A stretch of 64,000 nt of DNA, taken from an uncultured cyanobacterium (lineage in GTDB: Bacteria; Cyanobacteriota; Cyanobacteriia; Leptolyngbyales; Leptolyngbyaceae). Under the pieces are notes generated by a model. That model saw only the letters and a list, made by a program, of their open reading frames with translations. It ran no database searches and was not told where the DNA came from. Positions 1 through 11,996 of this stretch are shown here, one piece after another (positions within the stretch are counted from its first letter, which is position 1; each line of letters begins with the position of its first letter). The translations under genes and the position numbers were made by a program. The stretch covers positions 1 through 64,000 of the forward strand of contig CAVYAN010000072.1 in NCBI GenBank assembly GCA_963766075.1, given 5' to 3'.

Positions 1-1012
1 ACCGGAACAATACCTTGGTGCTGCCCAAGCTGGGTTTGACATTGTATTTTTGGGTCAGGAGATGAATTTCGTCCAGAGAAAGGGAAACACGTTGCGACAC
101 CCTTTCATAGGTTGGGGTCCAATCCGGATCGTTTCGGTGTTCAGCAATATACCTGCGCCACAGCTTTAGAGCCAGTCTATAGTCCTCCAGCGTTGCGGCG
201 AGCTCTCCATAGACGGGATGCGCTGGGCCTTGACTCTGCAGGGCTAGCCCTGCCAGGGACTGTTCTAAAGTGCCGATTAGGGCAGCATACTCCGGTTCAC
301 TGAGCCCCACGGGGTGGAGCGTCGCCCCTAACAAAGCGCGATCGGCCAGGGTTTTAAGCTGCGTATCCACGGCGGTAAATTTCTGTAGAACCTTCAGCGC
401 CTCGGTTTCGGTGACGATGCGCTGCTGAATTATGCCGCGATTTTGGCGATAGAGTTGCAGCTTACGCCGAATTTCCACAGCCTTAACAGATTGGGGTGGG
501 GCCGCTTCCAGCATCTGAATCCCCTCCTGCCATTTTTGGCTGGCCCGCTGCCAGAGGCGCAGGGAATGGGGCGGATTCTGGACCATAAAGGCGGCTTGCC
601 ATGCTTTTCCCTGGGCTGCTTCTAGATTGGCGGCTGCCATTTGCTCGGCGGCCAGACGATCGCCAATGGCCTGATAATTTCGCCGGTATACCGCTAGCCG
701 CTGTTTTGCGATCGCCCCCAGATCGCTATCGGCAGGGATGGATTCCAGCAGTCGCATGGCTTTTCGCCAGGTGACGCGAGCCTGCTGCCAGGTGGCGATT
801 TCATGGGGCGGGCCTTGGACACTCACCGCGGCTTGCCATGCCAATTGCCGCGCCGCGTCGTAGGTGGCTTTCGCATGGGGCCGTGATGCCTGGTCTATGC
901 GGTCTACAGGGGCCTGGGATACCGTCATGCCCTCCCGCAGCAAGTCTGTAGTAGCATAGCCAGCCAGCGCCAGCGCCGCAGTACAGGCCACCATCAGGGG
1001 AAAAGACTTCAT
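1..1012 (-). CDS. Hypothetical helical-repeat protein with N-terminal hydrophobic segment; 3' end runs off the window (absent from ORF track)
   Basis: Read by hand: ATG at 1012, open frame to the window edge, MKSFPLMVACTAALALAGY...; two ~70-aa repeats (AWQAAVSVQGPPHEIATWQQA...W / AWQAAFMVQNPPHSLRLWQRA...W). Confidence 0.75.
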   Translation of the reverse strand, partial: MKSFPLMVACTAALALAGYATTDLLREGMTVSQAPVDRIDQASRPHAKATYDAARQLAWQAAVSVQGPPHEIATWQQARVTWRKAMRLLESIPADSDLGAIAKQRLAVYRRNYQAIGDRLAAEQMAAANLEAAQGKAWQAAFMVQNPPHSLRLWQRASQKWQEGIQMLEAAPPQSVKAVEIRRKLQLYRQNRGIIQQRIVTETEALKVLQKFTAVDTQLKTLADRALLGATLHPVGLSEPEYAALIGTLEQSLAGLALQSQGPAHPVYGELAATLEDYRLALKLWRRYIAEHRNDPDWTPTYERVSQRVSLSLDEIHLLTQKYNVKPSLGSTKVLFR

Positions 1013-1184
1013 GGAATAATTTAGGCTGAAGCGAAGGAACACGCAATCAATGCAGACGATACACCCGAAAACCCTCCGAAGGAGAGCGCAACGGGGCGCT
1101 AATATAAGTAGGTTTCCCAGTAGGCTTCCCTGAGCGTGCCTGCTGCCTTAGACCACCCCTGCCCTATCAAACCATAATTGCTCC

Positions 1185-1910
1185 ATGGCTGTTCGTCAAA
1201 AGCTTTACGAAGGCAAAGCGAAAATTCTTTACGCCACGGATGATCCGTCGGTGTTGCTCACCGTCTTTAAAGATGATGCCACCGCTTTTAATGCGCAAAA
1301 GCGCGGCAGCATTGCCAATAAAGGGGAAATGAACTGTGCGATCGCCACGCACCTCTTCCAATATTTGGGAGCGGCGGGCATTCCCACCCACTTCATTGAC
1401 CAGCCCAGCCCGACGGAAATGCATGTGCGCGCGGTGCAGATTGTGCCCCTAGAGGTGGTAGTTCGTAATCTAGCCGCAGGCAGCCTGTGCAAGCAAACCG
1501 GCTTACCGTTGGGCACGGTGATCAACCCACCCATCGTCGAGTTCTACTACAAAAATGATGCCCTGGGGGATCCCTTGCTGACGGGCGATCGCATCCGCAT
1601 CCTGAATCTGGCCACCCCCCCACAAGTGGACCAATTACGGACCATGGCCCTGCAAATCAACACTCTGCTCACCGACTTCTTCCAGCAGTGCGCCATTACC
1701 CTCGTGGATTTCAAACTGGAATTTGGCATCGACGCCGAGCAGCGTCTAATTCTGGCTGACGAAATTAGTCCCGATACCTGTCGGCTTTGGAACCAGGCGG
1801 AATCTGATCCCACTCAGCGCATCATGGACAAAGATCGCTTCCGCCTGGATTTGGGCAACGTGGCCGACGGCTATCGCCAAGTCATGGACCGCGTTCTAGG
1901 GCAGCGTTGA
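1185..1910 (+). CDS. purC: Phosphoribosylaminoimidazole-succinocarboxamide (SAICAR) synthase
   Basis: LYEGKAK, FKDDATAFN, PLEVVVRN, LVDFKLEFG, LADEISPDTCRLW, DKDRFR motifs. Confidence 0.97.
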   Translation: MAVRQKLYEGKAKILYATDDPSVLLTVFKDDATAFNAQKRGSIANKGEMNCAIATHLFQYLGAAGIPTHFIDQPSPTEMHVRAVQIVPLEVVVRNLAAGSLCKQTGLPLGTVINPPIVEFYYKNDALGDPLLTGDRIRILNLATPPQVDQLRTMALQINTLLTDFFQQCAITLVDFKLEFGIDAEQRLILADEISPDTCRLWNQAESDPTQRIMDKDRFRLDLGNVADGYRQVMDRVLGQR

Positions 1911-2171
1911 GTAGGCCAGGTTGCGTGGGCCATACCTGTCGCGGAACAAATTCATTGCCCCTGCGTCACCCCTCAGCGAGCCCCCTGGTGCTGTTCCTGC
2001 CCATCCTCCCATCGGACTCTGCCCAGTACGGTTCATCGAGACACGCGGCTTGGGCTTGCCCATAGGGTAAAATGGCACAGTTTGCCTCAAATCTCCTTCT
2101 GCTTTAATCTTTTCCTAGCCCCTGTTTCAGTCGGGCATGGTGTGTGGATGTCCTCAAATAACGTGAAAAAC

Positions 2172-4508
2172 ATGCGGTTATCTCCTGTCCTGGTGGCGTT
2201 TTTAGCCACCACTGCTACGCTTGGCTTGTCAAATTCTGCCCATGGGGAAGCCCCATCTGCGACAGTCGGTGCAGCAGATGCCTCGTCAATGGCGCGGCCC
2301 ACCCCTGATGCCACCCTAGAAGCAGATGGGGCCATGGCGTTGGGCACTCTGGGTGTGGACGATCGCCGCGTGGACGATCTCCCGGAAGCACAGCCAGAAT
2401 CAACACCCATTGCCTCAGCTCAGGACTTAGTGTTGCCCGAGGTTTTGGCTGGATCAGCTTCGCCCCTACTTTTAGCGCAATCAGGGCAAGAAACCCCGGA
2501 TCGAATTCAGGTCAGCCCCGGTTCTACCCCCATTGCGCCGTCTGCCCCCCTGCCCACCCCGCCTTCTGGCGCTTCACCCACTTCACCCTCGCCAAGCCCC
2601 GCCGAAACGACCCCTACTGAAACGGCTACTCCAGAGCCGCGCGTCCTGGTCAGCGAAGTGATGATCAAAGGGGTGACTGGCAGCGTTGATCCTGAGCTGG
2701 CGCGCACCATTGAAGACAAAGTGTATGCAGCGATTCGGACCCAACCGGGAGTCACCACCACCCGCACCCTGCTCCAGGAAGATATCAACGCCATCTTTAA
2801 AACCGGCTACTTCTCCAACGTCAAGGCCGTTCCCGAAGACACTCCACTCGGGGTGCGCGTCACGTTTGAAGTCCAGCTCAACCCCGTCCTGCAAGCCGTG
2901 AAGGTAGAAGGAAAAACGGTCTTGCCGGATGCCGTGGTCGATGCGGCCTTCAAGCCCCAGTATGGCAATGTCCTGAATCTCGTGGACTTAGATGCTGGGA
3001 TTAAGCAAGTGCGGGAGTGGTATCAAAAAAACGGCTACGTTTTGGCGCAGGTGATTGATGCCCCGCAGATTTCCAGCGATGGGGTAGTCACCCTGCAAGT
3101 GGCCGAAGGTCAGGTGGAATCGATCCAGGTCCGCTTTTTGAACAAAGAAGGGCAGGAAACCGATGCTAAGGGCAATCCGATTCGAGGACGTACCCGCGCG
3201 TTTATTGTGACGCGAGAGTTTGAATTGAAGCCCGGAGCCGTTTTCAACCGTGATCTTGTGCAGAGGGACTTGCAGCGCGTGTTTGGCTTGGGCATTTTTG
3301 AAGATGTCAAGCTGTCGTTGAATCCCGGCCAGGATCCCCGCAAGGTGATCGTCGTGGCCAATGTCACGGAGAAAAATACCGGATCCGTGGCGGCTGGGGC
3401 TGGGGTAAGTTCGGCCAGCGGCCTGTTTGGGACGGTCAGCTATCAACAGCAAAACTTGGGAGGCAACAACCAGCGCTTGGGCGCCGAGCTGCAAGTGGGC
3501 GAGCGGGAACTGCTGTTTGACTTTAACTTTACGGATCCGTGGATTGCGGGGGATCCCTACCGCACTTCCTATACCTTTAACCTGTTCCGTCGCCGGACAA
3601 TTTCCCTGATTTTTGATGGGGGTGACCCGGAGGTCCGCCTGCCGATTAATAGCGATGGCGATAGCGATCGCCCCCGCGTTCGCCGAACCGGTGGTTCTCT
3701 CAGTTTTTCCCGCCCGCTGAGTAAAGATGTATTCAAACCAGCGGAATGGAATGCCTCCCTGGGCTTCCAGTATCAAGCCATTTCTATTCGCGATGCCAAT
3801 GGTGACCTTGCTCCGAAGGATGCCTTGGGCAACGATCTCAGCTTCAGTGGCAGCGGGAAAGATGACTTGTTTACAATCCAGTTGGGGGCAGTGCGCGATC
3901 GCCGCAACGATCGCCTGCGCCCGACCAGCGGCTCACTGCTGCGGTTTGGCACAGAGCAGTCCATTCCCATTGGTAACGGCAGTATCTTCATGAATCGGCT
4001 GCGGGCCAGCTACAGCTTCTACAAACCAACGCAGTTTTTGAAGTTCAGCAAAGGCTGTCAGCCCCAGCGGATCATTGGCACTACAGAAACTCGGAAACCC
4101 AGTGTGACCGATTGTCCCCAGACCTTTGCCTTTAACGTGCAAGGGGGAACGGTGCTGGGTGACCTGCCCCCCTACGAAGCCTTTGCGATCGGGGGCAGTA
4201 ACTCCGTCCGAGGCTATGACGAAGGCGAGCTGGCTGCTGCCCGCACCTTTGTCCAGGCCACGGCTGAATATCGGTTCCCGATTTTCTCAGTGATTTCGGG
4301 GGCGCTCTTTGTAGATGCGGCCACCGATTTTGGCACGCAGGGCAATGTGCCTGGCAATCCGGGCGGCGTCCGCAACAAGCCGGGGAGCGGCTTTGGCTAT
4401 GGGCTGGGCGTGCGAGTTCAATCCCCCCTCGGTCCAATCCGGATTGACTATGGCTTCAATGACCAAGGCGACAGTCGCTTGCACTTTGGGATTGGGGAGC
4501 GGTTTTGA
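2172..4508 (+). CDS. bamA: Omp85/BamA family outer-membrane insertase
   Basis: Signal peptide from ATG 2172 ([11 protein letters not shown]), Pro-rich linker, POTRA-like region, GGSNSVRGY motif, C-terminal HFGIGERF; precedes lpxC. Confidence 0.92.
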   Translation: MRLSPVLVAFLATTATLGLSNSAHGEAPSATVGAADASSMARPTPDATLEADGAMALGTLGVDDRRVDDLPEAQPESTPIASAQDLVLPEVLAGSASPLLLAQSGQETPDRIQVSPGSTPIAPSAPLPTPPSGASPTSPSPSPAETTPTETATPEPRVLVSEVMIKGVTGSVDPELARTIEDKVYAAIRTQPGVTTTRTLLQEDINAIFKTGYFSNVKAVPEDTPLGVRVTFEVQLNPVLQAVKVEGKTVLPDAVVDAAFKPQYGNVLNLVDLDAGIKQVREWYQKNGYVLAQVIDAPQISSDGVVTLQVAEGQVESIQVRFLNKEGQETDAKGNPIRGRTRAFIVTREFELKPGAVFNRDLVQRDLQRVFGLGIFEDVKLSLNPGQDPRKVIVVANVTEKNTGSVAAGAGVSSASGLFGTVSYQQQNLGGNNQRLGAELQVGERELLFDFNFTDPWIAGDPYRTSYTFNLFRRRTISLIFDGGDPEVRLPINSDGDSDRPRVRRTGGSLSFSRPLSKDVFKPAEWNASLGFQYQAISIRDANGDLAPKDALGNDLSFSGSGKDDLFTIQLGAVRDRRNDRLRPTSGSLLRFGTEQSIPIGNGSIFMNRLRASYSFYKPTQFLKFSKGCQPQRIIGTTETRKPSVTDCPQTFAFNVQGGTVLGDLPPYEAFAIGGSNSVRGYDEGELAAARTFVQATAEYRFPIFSVISGALFVDAATDFGTQGNVPGNPGGVRNKPGSGFGYGLGVRVQSPLGPIRIDYGFNDQGDSRLHFGIGERF

Positions 4509-5497
4509 TGGGAGAATCCGTGAGTGGTCGGCGGTCCGTTGCCAGCCCGCCTGGGGCTAGTCAGCGGCCAACTGCCGACGCCGCAGAGGCCAGCGACGGA
4601 CCGCTGCCCGCAGTGCCTCTGCCCTATTTGGATCAGCGTCTCTTGGATCAGGGCCTGTTGCATCAGCACACGTTACAAGCCGAGTTTTGTTGTGCGGGCC
4701 TGGGCCTACATACTGGTGTTTCTGTGCAGGTGCGGGTGTTGCCTGCACCTGTTGGACGTGGGCGTTATTTCGTTCGCACCGATTTACCCGATTTACCCGA
4801 GGTGGTGGCGCGGGTGACCACGGTGGATCAAACCTTACTCTCAACAGAGCTAAAGCAGGGCAACGCGACGGTACGCACGGTGGAGCATTTGCTAGCGGCG
4901 CTGACGGGCATGGGTGTGGACAATGCCCGCATTGAAATCGATGGACCAGAGGTGCCACTGCTCGATGGATCGGCCCAGGTGTGGGTGGCGGCGATTGCCC
5001 AGGTTGGCACCGAGGCTCAGTCTGCTCTGCGCGGCAGCCGGACCGTGACAGAACCGATCTGGATTCGGGAAGGGGATGCCTTTGTGGCCGCCCTGCCCGC
5101 CACCGAATCGCGATTCACCTATGGCATTGATTTTGACCTCGCCGCCATTGGCAATCAGTGGCACAGTTGGTCACCGAGCAGTGCGGACGCTCTCGCCAGC
5201 TTTGCGCAGGCGATCGCCCCGGCCCGGACCTTTGGGCTACTGCACCAAATTGACCATTTGCGCGATCGCGGCTTAATCAAGGGGGGAAGTCTGGATAATG
5301 CCCTGGTGTGTGGTCCAGAAGGCTGGCTTAATCCACCCTTGCGATTTCCAAATGAGCCAGTGCGTCATAAACTTTTAGACTTAGTAGGGGATTTAAGTTT
5401 GCTAGGCGACATTCCGATAGCCCACTATTTGGCGTACAAGGCCAGTCATCAGTTGCATACTCAGCTCGCCCGCCACCTTGAGAGTCTGCGAGACTAG
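4508..5497 (+). CDS. lpxC: UDP-3-O-acyl-GlcNAc deacetylase
   Basis: [49 protein letters not shown] overlap with bamA stop; exact start uncertain. Confidence 0.95.
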   Translation: MGESVSGRRSVASPPGASQRPTADAAEASDGPLPAVPLPYLDQRLLDQGLLHQHTLQAEFCCAGLGLHTGVSVQVRVLPAPVGRGRYFVRTDLPDLPEVVARVTTVDQTLLSTELKQGNATVRTVEHLLAALTGMGVDNARIEIDGPEVPLLDGSAQVWVAAIAQVGTEAQSALRGSRTVTEPIWIREGDAFVAALPATESRFTYGIDFDLAAIGNQWHSWSPSSADALASFAQAIAPARTFGLLHQIDHLRDRGLIKGGSLDNALVCGPEGWLNPPLRFPNEPVRHKLLDLVGDLSLLGDIPIAHYLAYKASHQLHTQLARHLESLRD

Positions 5498-5587
5498 CGT
5501 TGGTCTGCGATGCTCCTGTTGGCCATTTTTCGGTCTGTCCAAGTCCCTCCCCGATTCATTAGCCCTTTCATTTAAGAGACCTAGCCC

Positions 5588-6133
5588 ATGTCCATTCTTA
5601 CAGATTTGCACACTGCCAGCCCTGTATCTGCCGTTGAGATCCCCCCCATTGCCCTAGACCAACCTCCAGCCAGCGAGGAAGTGCCTCAAGATGACTGTCT
5701 GGGCAGCATGACGATTGAGGAAATTCACGCCCTGCTCCCCCACCGCTATCCCTTTGCGCTAGTGGATCGGATTATCAAATATATCCCCGGCGAAGTGGCG
5801 ATCGGCATCAAAAACGTCACCTTCAACGAGCCTCATTTCCAAGGGCATTTTCCCGGTCGTCCCATTATGCCGGGGGTGCTGATTGTCGAGGCCATGGCCC
5901 AAGTGGGCGGCGTGGTCCTGACCCGGATGGCAGATGTGCAAAATGGGCTGTTTATGTTTGCGGGAATTGATGGGGTCCGCTTTCGTCGTCCGGTGATTCC
6001 GGGGGACCAGTTGGTGATGACGGTGGAACTGGTACGGGTGAAGCAGCGGCGCTTTGGCAAGATGCATGGGCGGGCTGAAGTGGATGGCAAGCTGGTCTGT
6101 GAAGGCGACTTGATGTTTTCGTTGGTAGACTAA
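5588..6133 (+). CDS. fabZ: 3-hydroxyacyl-ACP dehydratase
   Basis: [34 protein letters not shown]. Confidence 0.97.
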   Translation: MSILTDLHTASPVSAVEIPPIALDQPPASEEVPQDDCLGSMTIEEIHALLPHRYPFALVDRIIKYIPGEVAIGIKNVTFNEPHFQGHFPGRPIMPGVLIVEAMAQVGGVVLTRMADVQNGLFMFAGIDGVRFRRPVIPGDQLVMTVELVRVKQRRFGKMHGRAEVDGKLVCEGDLMFSLVD

Positions 6134-6402
6134 ATCGACTTTGGATTTATCGCCCGATTGGGCATCCCGGCAGAGGTTTGGATGATGTGATGGGTGATTG
6201 GCGATCGCGGCTGGCCACGATCGCGCGTCCCAAGTTTGGGTTCAGTCATACCGCTCCTCTAACACATCCCCACTCCCGAGGCAGCTTGGTGAAATAACCA
6301 TCCCGCTATAAAATCGCAAAAACCAGACACACTCAGTTTTTCAATTTTTAATTCAGCTTCACCGCACTAGACCGCCTCATTCGTACCCCATCCTTCTTAT
6401 CT

Positions 6403-7233
6403 ATGCTGACTTTGATCCATCCAACGGCGGTCATTCATCCTGCGGCTGAGCTTCACCCTACTGTGCAAGTGGGAGCCTATGCGGTCATTGGCCCTAGGGT
6501 AAAGATTGGGGCGGGGACAACCGTGGGTGCCCATGCCGTGATCGATGGCTGGACCGAAATTGGAGAGCGCAATCGATTTTTTCCCGGGGTGGCGATCGGG
6601 CTAGAACCCCAAGACTTAAAGTACGAGGGGGCAGAGGCGCTGGTCCGGATCGGTAATGATAATTGCTTTCGTGAATATGTCACGGTCCATAGCCCCACGG
6701 CAGAGGGAGAAGTGACGGCCATTGGCAATCACAATTTGCTGATGGTGAGTGCCCATATTGGGCATAACTGCATCATTGAAGACCATACAATCATCACCAA
6801 TGCCGTGGCGATGGCGGGGCATGTGCACGTAGACTCCTATGCCCGCATTGGCGGAGTCGTGGCGGTCCACCAGTTTGTTCATATCGGCGGCTATTCGATG
6901 ACAGCAGGCTTTAGTCGGATCATTCGTGACGTGCCGCCGTTTATGCTGTTAGAGGGCGCACCGTTGCGGGTGCGATCGCTGAACCTAGTCGGCCTCAAGC
7001 GCGCTGGATTTGGTGACTTGGATGGCGGCACTACCCTTAAATCCCTGCGCCAAGCTTTCCGGCTGGTTTACCGTTCTGGCTTACGCCTAGACGACGCCCT
7101 CGACCAAATCGCCGCCCTGCCCCCGAGCGACCCACTGGACTATCTTCACCGCTTTCTCTCTGCTTCGCAACAAAAGGGCCGCCGGGGTCCCACGCCGGGG
7201 AAACGTCCGGTGCGGCATGGGGAAGAAGACTGA
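6403..7233 (+). CDS. lpxA: Acyl-ACP--UDP-GlcNAc O-acyltransferase
   Basis: Hexapeptide repeats, PQDLKY, HIGHNC, AGHV, VHQFVHIG, DVPPF. Confidence 0.95.
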   Translation: MLTLIHPTAVIHPAAELHPTVQVGAYAVIGPRVKIGAGTTVGAHAVIDGWTEIGERNRFFPGVAIGLEPQDLKYEGAEALVRIGNDNCFREYVTVHSPTAEGEVTAIGNHNLLMVSAHIGHNCIIEDHTIITNAVAMAGHVHVDSYARIGGVVAVHQFVHIGGYSMTAGFSRIIRDVPPFMLLEGAPLRVRSLNLVGLKRAGFGDLDGGTTLKSLRQAFRLVYRSGLRLDDALDQIAALPPSDPLDYLHRFLSASQQKGRRGPTPGKRPVRHGEED

Positions 7234-8447
7234 TGAAAAAGCGGGTATTCATTAGCACAGGCGAAGTATCTGGCGATTTGCAGGGATCACTGCTAGTGCT
7301 GGCTTTGCAGCGGCAAGCCGTGGCCATGGGCATAGAGCTGGAAATTCTGGCCTTGGGGGGCGATCGCATGGCCACGGCTGGAGCCAACCTGCTGGGCCAT
7401 ACCAGTGCGATCGGCTCCATGGGTTTACTGGAATCCCTGCCCTTTGTGCTGCCCACGTTAAAAGTGCAGCGCCTTGCCAAGGACCACCTCCGGGACAATC
7501 CGCCGGATATTGTTGTCCTGATTGACTACATGGGGCCAAATATAGCCCTGTGTGAGTACTTGCCAAAACATTTGCCGAACGTGCCCGTAGTGTACTATAT
7601 TGCCCCCCAGGAATGGGTCTGGGGCGACCAGTGGCAATGGGGGGTAAAGCTGTTTCGTTCCGATTTAGTGGTGTCCACCGATCGCATTTTGGCCATTTTT
7701 CCCAAGGAAGCCGACTACTATCGCAAAAAAGGTGGCAATGTCACCTGGGTGGGTCATCCCCTCGTCGATCGCCTGCAAACTGCCCCCAGTCGTGAAGTAG
7801 CCCGCGCCCAGCTTGGCATTGCTGCCGATCGCCCTGCGGTGGCGCTGCTCCCGGCCTCCCGCCGTCAGGAGTTGCAGTACCTGATGCCCACGATTTTTGA
7901 GGCGGCACAACAAATTCAGCGCCAGGTGCCCGACGTGCAGTTTTGGATTCCCCTGGCTCTGGAACAATATCGCCCTGCGATCGCCGCCGCCATCCAGAAC
8001 TATGGCCTCCACGCCACCCTCGTTAGCGATGCCGACTGTCCTGACCCAGCAGCCCTGACCGTCCTGGCCGCCGCCGACTTGGCCATTACCAAATCCGGCA
8101 CGGTGAATTTGGAAATCGCTCTGTTGAACGTGCCCCAGGTGGTGTTGTACAAAATGAATCCGATCACCGGCTGGATCATGGAACACATTCTCAAGTTCAA
8201 TGTGCCCTTTGTCTCTCCGCCCAATCTGGTGGAAATGCAGCCGATTGTGCCAGAACTGTTGCAGTACAACGCAACGCCAGCCGCAATCGCCCACGAAGCG
8301 ATCGATTTGCTCACCAATACCGATCGCCGACGCACCATGCTGGCGGGATATGCATCGATGCAAAAGGCCCTAGGGACGGTGGGGGTGTGCGATCGCGCTG
8401 CCCTAGAAATCCTCAACATGGCTATCAGCCCACCCCCAGCAGCTTAA
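7233..8447 (+). CDS. lpxB: Lipid-A-disaccharide synthase
   Basis: ISTGEVSGDLQG, YYIAPQEWVW, VGHPLVD, LLPASRRQE, KSGTVNLE; TGATG overlap with lpxA. Confidence 0.96.
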   Translation: MKKRVFISTGEVSGDLQGSLLVLALQRQAVAMGIELEILALGGDRMATAGANLLGHTSAIGSMGLLESLPFVLPTLKVQRLAKDHLRDNPPDIVVLIDYMGPNIALCEYLPKHLPNVPVVYYIAPQEWVWGDQWQWGVKLFRSDLVVSTDRILAIFPKEADYYRKKGGNVTWVGHPLVDRLQTAPSREVARAQLGIAADRPAVALLPASRRQELQYLMPTIFEAAQQIQRQVPDVQFWIPLALEQYRPAIAAAIQNYGLHATLVSDADCPDPAALTVLAAADLAITKSGTVNLEIALLNVPQVVLYKMNPITGWIMEHILKFNVPFVSPPNLVEMQPIVPELLQYNATPAAIAHEAIDLLTNTDRRRTMLAGYASMQKALGTVGVCDRAALEILNMAISPPPAA

Positions 8448-8511
8448 GCTAGGATTAAAGCTTAGCGACAGGATTGGCGATAGGATGACGGCAACCGTTA
8501 GAGCCTAGGGT

Positions 8512-8946
8512 ATGGATACTTCGTATCAGGCAGATTTTCACGCCTGGATTGAACAAACAGTCCAGCTTCTCCGGGAAGAGCACTGGCATCAAATTGATGT
8601 CGCGCATCTGATTGAGGAGGTTGAGGATTTGGGCAAAAGTGAACGACGCGGCATTGCCAGCCAACTGACTCGCCTCCTTCTGCATTTGCTCAAATGGCAC
8701 TATCAACCGGAGCGGCGATCAGATAGCTGGCTTGATTCCATCACGGATGCCCGGACTCAAATTGAACTTGCGATCGCCGATAGTCCCAGTCTCAAACCCT
8801 ATCCCGCCGCACAACTTCACGAGAGTTACCAACGCGCCCGCCGCCAAGCTGTGGCACAAACCCGCCTGGATATTGCCGTTTTTCCAGAGACATGTCCTTA
8901 TGTCCTCGAGTCAATCCTCGATCTAGCTTGGCTACCGGCAGACTAA
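8512..8946 (+). CDS. DUF29 family protein
   Basis: YQADFHAW, LIEEVEDLGKSE, LLLHLLKW, SPSLK, FPETCPY. Confidence 0.9.
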   Translation: MDTSYQADFHAWIEQTVQLLREEHWHQIDVAHLIEEVEDLGKSERRGIASQLTRLLLHLLKWHYQPERRSDSWLDSITDARTQIELAIADSPSLKPYPAAQLHESYQRARRQAVAQTRLDIAVFPETCPYVLESILDLAWLPAD

Positions 8947-8972
8947 AGGCGATGCCAAGTAATAACATCAAG

Positions 8973-9071
8973 ATATAACTCCCTGAGCGGAATATAACTC
9001 CCTGAGTGGAATATAGCTCCCTGAGCGGAGTCGAAGGGAGCGGTCGGTCGTTTCGACTCCGCTCAACGACC
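8973..9071. repeat. Three tandem 19-bp units (ATATAACTCCCTGAGCGGA) running into an inverted REP-like pair
   Basis: Units at 8973, 8992, 9011; TGAGCGGAGTCGAA (9022-9035) is the reverse complement of TTCGACTCCGCTCA (9052-9065). Confidence 0.85.
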
Positions 9072-9092
9072 TGAAACCTGTGAACTTATTTT

Positions 9093-9248
9093 GTAACTAC
9101 TCAGTAATCGCGATCGCCTCTCTGTGGTTGCCGAGTTTGACCCACCCTGCCCTGCGGGCACCCCTCCTGGGAGGGGACATTTTCGAGCATTCCCCTCCTG
9201 GGAGGGGTTAGGGGTGGGTGCAACGGATGGCACGAGCTGAGTAGTTAC
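9093..9248. mobile_element. 156-bp MITE with IS66-like (GTAA) termini
   Basis: Perfect 12-bp TIRs GTAACTACTCAG / CTGAGTAGTTAC; 8-bp direct repeat CTTATTTT at 9085-9092 and 9249-9256; internal CCCCTCCTGGGAGGGG palindromes. Confidence 0.85.
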
Positions 9249-9306
9249 CTTATTTTTTGACAATGCCTAAAAGCACATACGATACAAGTTTCGATTCCCG
9301 GTGGAG

Positions 9307-10347
<1,041 letters not shown>

Positions 10348-10452
10348 TCAAAAGCGGGGTCAACTTCGTAGAATACGGGCAGGCAGAACAAGCAGGGTTG
10401 GCATGCCAACCCCTGAGTCTGTTTCCGTTTAACACTAGCAAGGGCTTTTCCA

Positions 10453-11859
10453 GTGGGCTTCACGATTCAGAATGTTTTAATCCCCGACGATCGCGCGGGG
10501 TATTCCACAGTGGATGTACAGATTGCCGAAGACAAGATTGCGGCGATCGCCCCCAATCTCCCCCCCCAGGGCACCCTTGTCGATGGCCAAAATAAACTCC
10601 TGCTTCCAGGGTTTGTTAACGCCCACACCCATTCCACGGAACTGTGGCAACGTGGGCTGATTCCGCCCTACCCCCTGGAACTGTGGCTGGCCAATTTGTA
10701 TGACTTTCCCCCGCTAACGCCGGAGCAAGCCTACCTCAGCGCCCTAGGCACCGCCGTGGAGACCCTGCAATCCGGTGGGACGACCTTAGTCGATCATCTC
10801 GTGCTGATTCCCGGCCAGGAATTAGAGACGATCGCGGCAGTCGTCCGGGCCTACCGCGAGCTTGGCATTCGGGCTTTTGTCGCACCCCTCCTGCAAGATG
10901 AACCGCTGACCTTTGGGGTGCCCGCCAACGGCCAGATTCGTGCCAAAATCGACCCCGGACACACTGCGGCGGTACTGGATCTCTTGAAGACGGCGATCGC
11001 CAAATTCCATGCGCCCCAGGACGGGATTGCCATCGTGCCCGCACCTACGGGCATTCAATTGTGCTCTGATCCCTTATTTGAAGGCTGTGTGGCGCTCCGC
11101 GATCGCTACGACCTTTGTCTGCACGCTCATTTGTTAGAAACCAAGGCCCAGCAAATGCTGGCCCAGGAAAAGTACGGGTGCAGTGCCGTCGAGCATTTGC
11201 AGACCCTCGGCTTCCTCGGGCCCCGCACTTCCCTGGCCCACTGCGTCTGGCTGACCACTGCCGATATTGAGATATTGGCCACGACCCAATCCACAGTGGT
11301 CCATAACCCCCTCAGTAATCTGCGGCTGGGCAGTGGCATTGCCCCGATTCTGCGGTACCTGCAAGCTGGAGTCAACGTCACCTTTGGCTGCGATGGTGCC
11401 GCTAGCAACGACGGCCAGGATCTGCTGGAAGCGATCAAAGTGGGTTCCCTGCTGCACAACACCACGGATTTTGACTATCAAAACTGGATTCCCCCCCGAA
11501 AATCCGTGGAAATGGCGGCGTTGGGCGGCGCGAGTGGGTTAGGAATGGACGGCGCGATCGGTTCCCTCACGGTGGGCAAACAGGCTGATCTGGTGCTGTA
11601 TGACCTGACCAACCTGTCTTTACTGCCCCGGACTGATCCCCTGAATCTGCTGATCTGGGGGCGTCCGACCCAAGCGGTCCATAGCGCTTGGGTTGCAGGT
11701 AAGTGCCTGATCGCCGATCGCCAAGTAACCACCGTCAATGTAGACCAACTGCGCCAGCAACTGTTTGACCACAGTGCCTGGGGCCGCGAGATCCCCTCTC
11801 CCGGCGTCAGCCAAGCCACTCCCCATTACCGCCAAGTGATGGGCCTGTCCGCCCTGTAA
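10453..11859 (+). CDS. Metal-dependent amidohydrolase (AtzA/SsnA/deaminase-like), substrate unknown
   Basis: PGFVNAHTH, HAHLLET, SLAHCVW, HNPLSNLRLGSG, GCDGAASND, GKQADL. Confidence 0.88.
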   Translation: MGFTIQNVLIPDDRAGYSTVDVQIAEDKIAAIAPNLPPQGTLVDGQNKLLLPGFVNAHTHSTELWQRGLIPPYPLELWLANLYDFPPLTPEQAYLSALGTAVETLQSGGTTLVDHLVLIPGQELETIAAVVRAYRELGIRAFVAPLLQDEPLTFGVPANGQIRAKIDPGHTAAVLDLLKTAIAKFHAPQDGIAIVPAPTGIQLCSDPLFEGCVALRDRYDLCLHAHLLETKAQQMLAQEKYGCSAVEHLQTLGFLGPRTSLAHCVWLTTADIEILATTQSTVVHNPLSNLRLGSGIAPILRYLQAGVNVTFGCDGAASNDGQDLLEAIKVGSLLHNTTDFDYQNWIPPRKSVEMAALGGASGLGMDGAIGSLTVGKQADLVLYDLTNLSLLPRTDPLNLLIWGRPTQAVHSAWVAGKCLIADRQVTTVNVDQLRQQLFDHSAWGREIPSPGVSQATPHYRQVMGLSAL

Positions 11860-11963
11860 GGGAAACTTCCCGTCCACTTGCCAAAACTTGCGCTACACTG
11901 TGGACGGATGCGGGGAGTCCCCGCATTGCGTCGAGTTTTCATGAACGTCATCACTACTTCATG

Positions 11964-11996
11964 AAAAGTGGGTCACCGCCCACTTTTTTTGTTTTT
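11964..11996 (+). promoter_or_regulatory. Terminator-like hairpin in the rimP leader (candidate attenuator)
   Basis: AAAAGTGGG-TCACCG-CCCACTTTT followed by a U-rich tract, ~30 nt upstream of rimP. Confidence 0.6.

Noticed and set aside
8973..9029. Triple direct repeat as a mini-CRISPR array
   Set aside because: Units are directly adjacent with no spacers, only 19 bp, and no cas genes are present; the same applies to the repeats at 37818 and 56119.
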